From: an uncultured Bacteroidota bacterium
Lineage (GTDB): Bacteria; Bacteroidota; Bacteroidia; Bacteroidales; VadinHA17
Assembly: GCA_903844815.1 (NCBI GenBank)
Contig: CAIMVD010000200.1
Coordinates: forward strand, 28,110 to 92,109
Direction of reading: 5' to 3'
DNA: 64,000 nt
This document shows, in pieces, positions 62,395-64,000 of this stretch. Each line of letters opens with the position of its first letter. Positions within the stretch are counted from its first letter, which is position 1. Position numbers and translations under genes: made by a program. Below the pieces are notes generated by a model. The model worked only from the letters and a program-made list of their open reading frames with translations. It was not told where the DNA came from and made no database searches.

Positions 62395-63744
62395 TTATTC
62401 GTTTGGGGCCAAGCCTATTACGGGAATTGTCTCAGGAATTCCGGGAACCGGTCCGAAAGCATAAGTTTTGGGGCCAAGGTACAGGTCGGAATTCATGACC
62501 TCATCCCATGTAACATCCTTGCCTGTATAGGCTGACATCCTTCCCATGATAGTAATAAGGGTCGAATTGACCTGGGCCTCGGCGTCATTAACCAAATTTC
62601 CAGTCCTGATTCCTGTAACAAGGTTAATATGCTCCTGAACATAAGGATCCTTGACTTTCCAGGTCAGATCAGCAGAACCTTCTTCAGGATGGGGATACTT
62701 CCAAATTTCCTGTCCCTTGAGATCATATATAGTCCCTGTAGCATTGGCAAAACCTTTTGTTCCGACAATATGCTGTTCTGTAAGGTTGCTGCATCCTGTT
62801 ATCTGACGGGCTGCACAATGGGTATGCATGCCATTGTCGTAGACATATTCAACACTGAAGAAATCATACTGGTCGCCTGTTATCCTTCTCTGCCTTCCGC
62901 CCCAGCCCATTGCCTTAACGGGGTTTTTACCAAGATACCAGTTCATTACATCCACCTCATGAATGAATTGTTCAACGATATGATCACCCGAAAGCCAGCA
63001 GAAATTAGCCCAGTTACGGAGCATGTACTCCATATCCGACATCCCCGGCTGCCGTTTAATTACCCATAATGAACCTCCGTTTCGTGTAATGTGAGCACTG
63101 ACTATCTCTCCTATCTCACCATTCATAACGCGTCGCCGTGTTTCCATAAAATCCTTCTGAACACGCCTTATGGTTCCGCTTACAATTGAGAGACCCTTTT
63201 GTTTTGCTCTTTCAGCCGAAACGAGCACCGAACGTGCACCCACAGGATCGACAGCGCAAGGTTTTTCCATGAAAATATGTTTCCCGGCTTTAATTGCCGC
63301 CTCAACGTGCTGGGGCCTGAAATGAGGAGGAGTGCAAAGCAGTACAATATCCACTCCCGAGTCGATCACCTTCTCATAATTATCAAAACCGAGGAAACAC
63401 TTTTCATCCGGGATCTCAACATTCTTCTGTGTTTTCAGTTCAGCCCTGCAATTATCGAGCCTGTCCTGGAAAATATCTCCAAGGGCTACTATCTGAAGGT
63501 TTGGACCTGCTTCGAGGAAGTTGATTGCGGCTCCTGTTCCCCTTCCGCCGCATCCTATTAGCCCTGCCCTAAGCACCTGTCCGTCGGGCGCCATGTTTAA
63601 TAGTTCAGGAAGTTTAATTTCACCCCCGGCAGGAGTATTTCGCGAACATGATGTGATCAGCCCGGCCGAGCCGATTGTGCCGATTGCTGCCAGAGCAGTA
63701 CCGGAAATAAACCGGCGGCGACTAAGATCTTGCTTGTTTGTCAT
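62395..63744 (-). CDS. Gfo/Idh/MocA-family oxidoreductase, TAT signal plus lipobox
   Basis: SRRRFISGTALAAIGTIGSAGLITSC, LRAGLIGCGGRGTG, and MEKP in the EKP position. The start is set to the internal ATG at 63744. Confidence 0.85.
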   Translation of the reverse strand: MTNKQDLSRRRFISGTALAAIGTIGSAGLITSCSRNTPAGGEIKLPELLNMAPDGQVLRAGLIGCGGRGTGAAINFLEAGPNLQIVALGDIFQDRLDNCRAELKTQKNVEIPDEKCFLGFDNYEKVIDSGVDIVLLCTPPHFRPQHVEAAIKAGKHIFMEKPCAVDPVGARSVLVSAERAKQKGLSIVSGTIRRVQKDFMETRRRVMNGEIGEIVSAHITRNGGSLWVIKRQPGMSDMEYMLRNWANFCWLSGDHIVEQFIHEVDVMNWYLGKNPVKAMGWGGRQRRITGDQYDFFSVEYVYDNGMHTHCAARQITGCSNLTEQHIVGTKGFANATGTIYDLKGQEIWKYPHPEEGSADLTWKVKDPYVQEHINLVTGIRTGNLVNDAEAQVNSTLITIMGRMSAYTGKDVTWDEVMNSDLYLGPKTYAFGPVPGIPETIPVIGLAPNE

Positions 63745-63893
63745 AGAAAAATGAATATAAATGTGATAAATATCAATACATGGATTCCATATAAAAATAT
63801 GAAAAAGAGTTTGATTCAGAACCATTGTATGAAAAAATTATTACTTTTCAAACCTAAATACTGACAGGAGTCTCTTTTAATATTTTTCATCCT

Positions 63894-64000
63894 ATGCGCT
63901 TACGGATTTACACAATAATTTCAATCTTCGTGTATGGACTTCTCTATTGTTTTACCGCTGTAGGGGTTTTACTAATACTGGTATTTTCATGGCTGCATAT
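63894..64000 (+). CDS. possible 5' end of a membrane protein gene (runs off the window)
   Basis: ATG at 63894 opens MRLRIYTIISIFVYGLLYCFTAVGVLLILVFSWLH with no stop before the window edge. Support is hydrophobicity only. Confidence 0.3.
   Translation, partial: MRLRIYTIISIFVYGLLYCFTAVGVLLILVFSWLH

Overview
This window looks like an accessory carbohydrate-utilisation region of a Bacteroidota-like chromosome. Supporting signs are a SusC/SusD pair, many lipoprotein and twin-arginine signal peptides, TAnnTTTG-type promoter boxes and a Nudix-type arabinose regulator.

Layout:
(1) 1-413: tail of a LytTR response regulator.
(2) 538-26930: 15 genes, all on the minus strand. They join cytoplasmic L-arabinose catabolism (Na+/solute symporter, araA, Nudix regulator, araD, araB) to secreted pectic or arabinogalactan side-chain enzymes: GH51, GH127, GH2, an SGNH acetylesterase, a mutarotase, a beta-helix protein, a six-hairpin protein, a TAT-exported Gfo/Idh/MocA oxidoreductase and GH78. 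One cytoplasmic FkbO/RidA-fold protein sits among them.
(3) 27162-38592: mixed housekeeping and lipid genes. These are an acyltransferase, a BNR sialidase-like protein, ppa, an NRAMP-related transporter with a separate MgtE-N/CBS partner, a serine palmitoyltransferase-like enzyme plus an SDR, a class-V PLP enzyme, a methyltransferase, OsmC and an IS1595 zinc-ribbon fragment.
(4) 38655-52739: a LacI-type divergon. One arm is xylA, xylB, an enolase-type mannonate dehydratase, an SDR and lacI. The other arm is SusC, SusD, a TAT-exported Gfo/Idh/MocA enzyme and a DUF6807/PmoA-like protein, with no glycoside hydrolase.
(5) 52853-56625: a four-gene corrinoid methyl-transfer operon. It encodes a B12-binding protein, an AcsE/MetH-type pterin-binding methyltransferase, a MetV-MetF fusion and a MetH reactivation domain. 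It lacks a homocysteine-binding or substrate methyltransferase module.
(6) 56890-64000: a TM2/DUF2752 pair, a TolB-like propeller protein, a decayed GH116 gene, and a TAT-exported TIM-barrel plus Gfo/Idh/MocA pair.

I saw no rRNA, tRNA or CRISPR array.

The signals most worth follow-up:
- the orphan corrinoid operon;
- a dispersed family of long inverted repeats built from 9-11 bp words, found at almost every gene-cluster boundary;
- the Mg-type NRAMP homologue with a trans-encoded MgtE sensor module and a structured leader;
- the hydrolase-free, oxidoreductase-based glycan loci.

All family assignments come from motif recognition by eye. No HMM or BLAST search was run.
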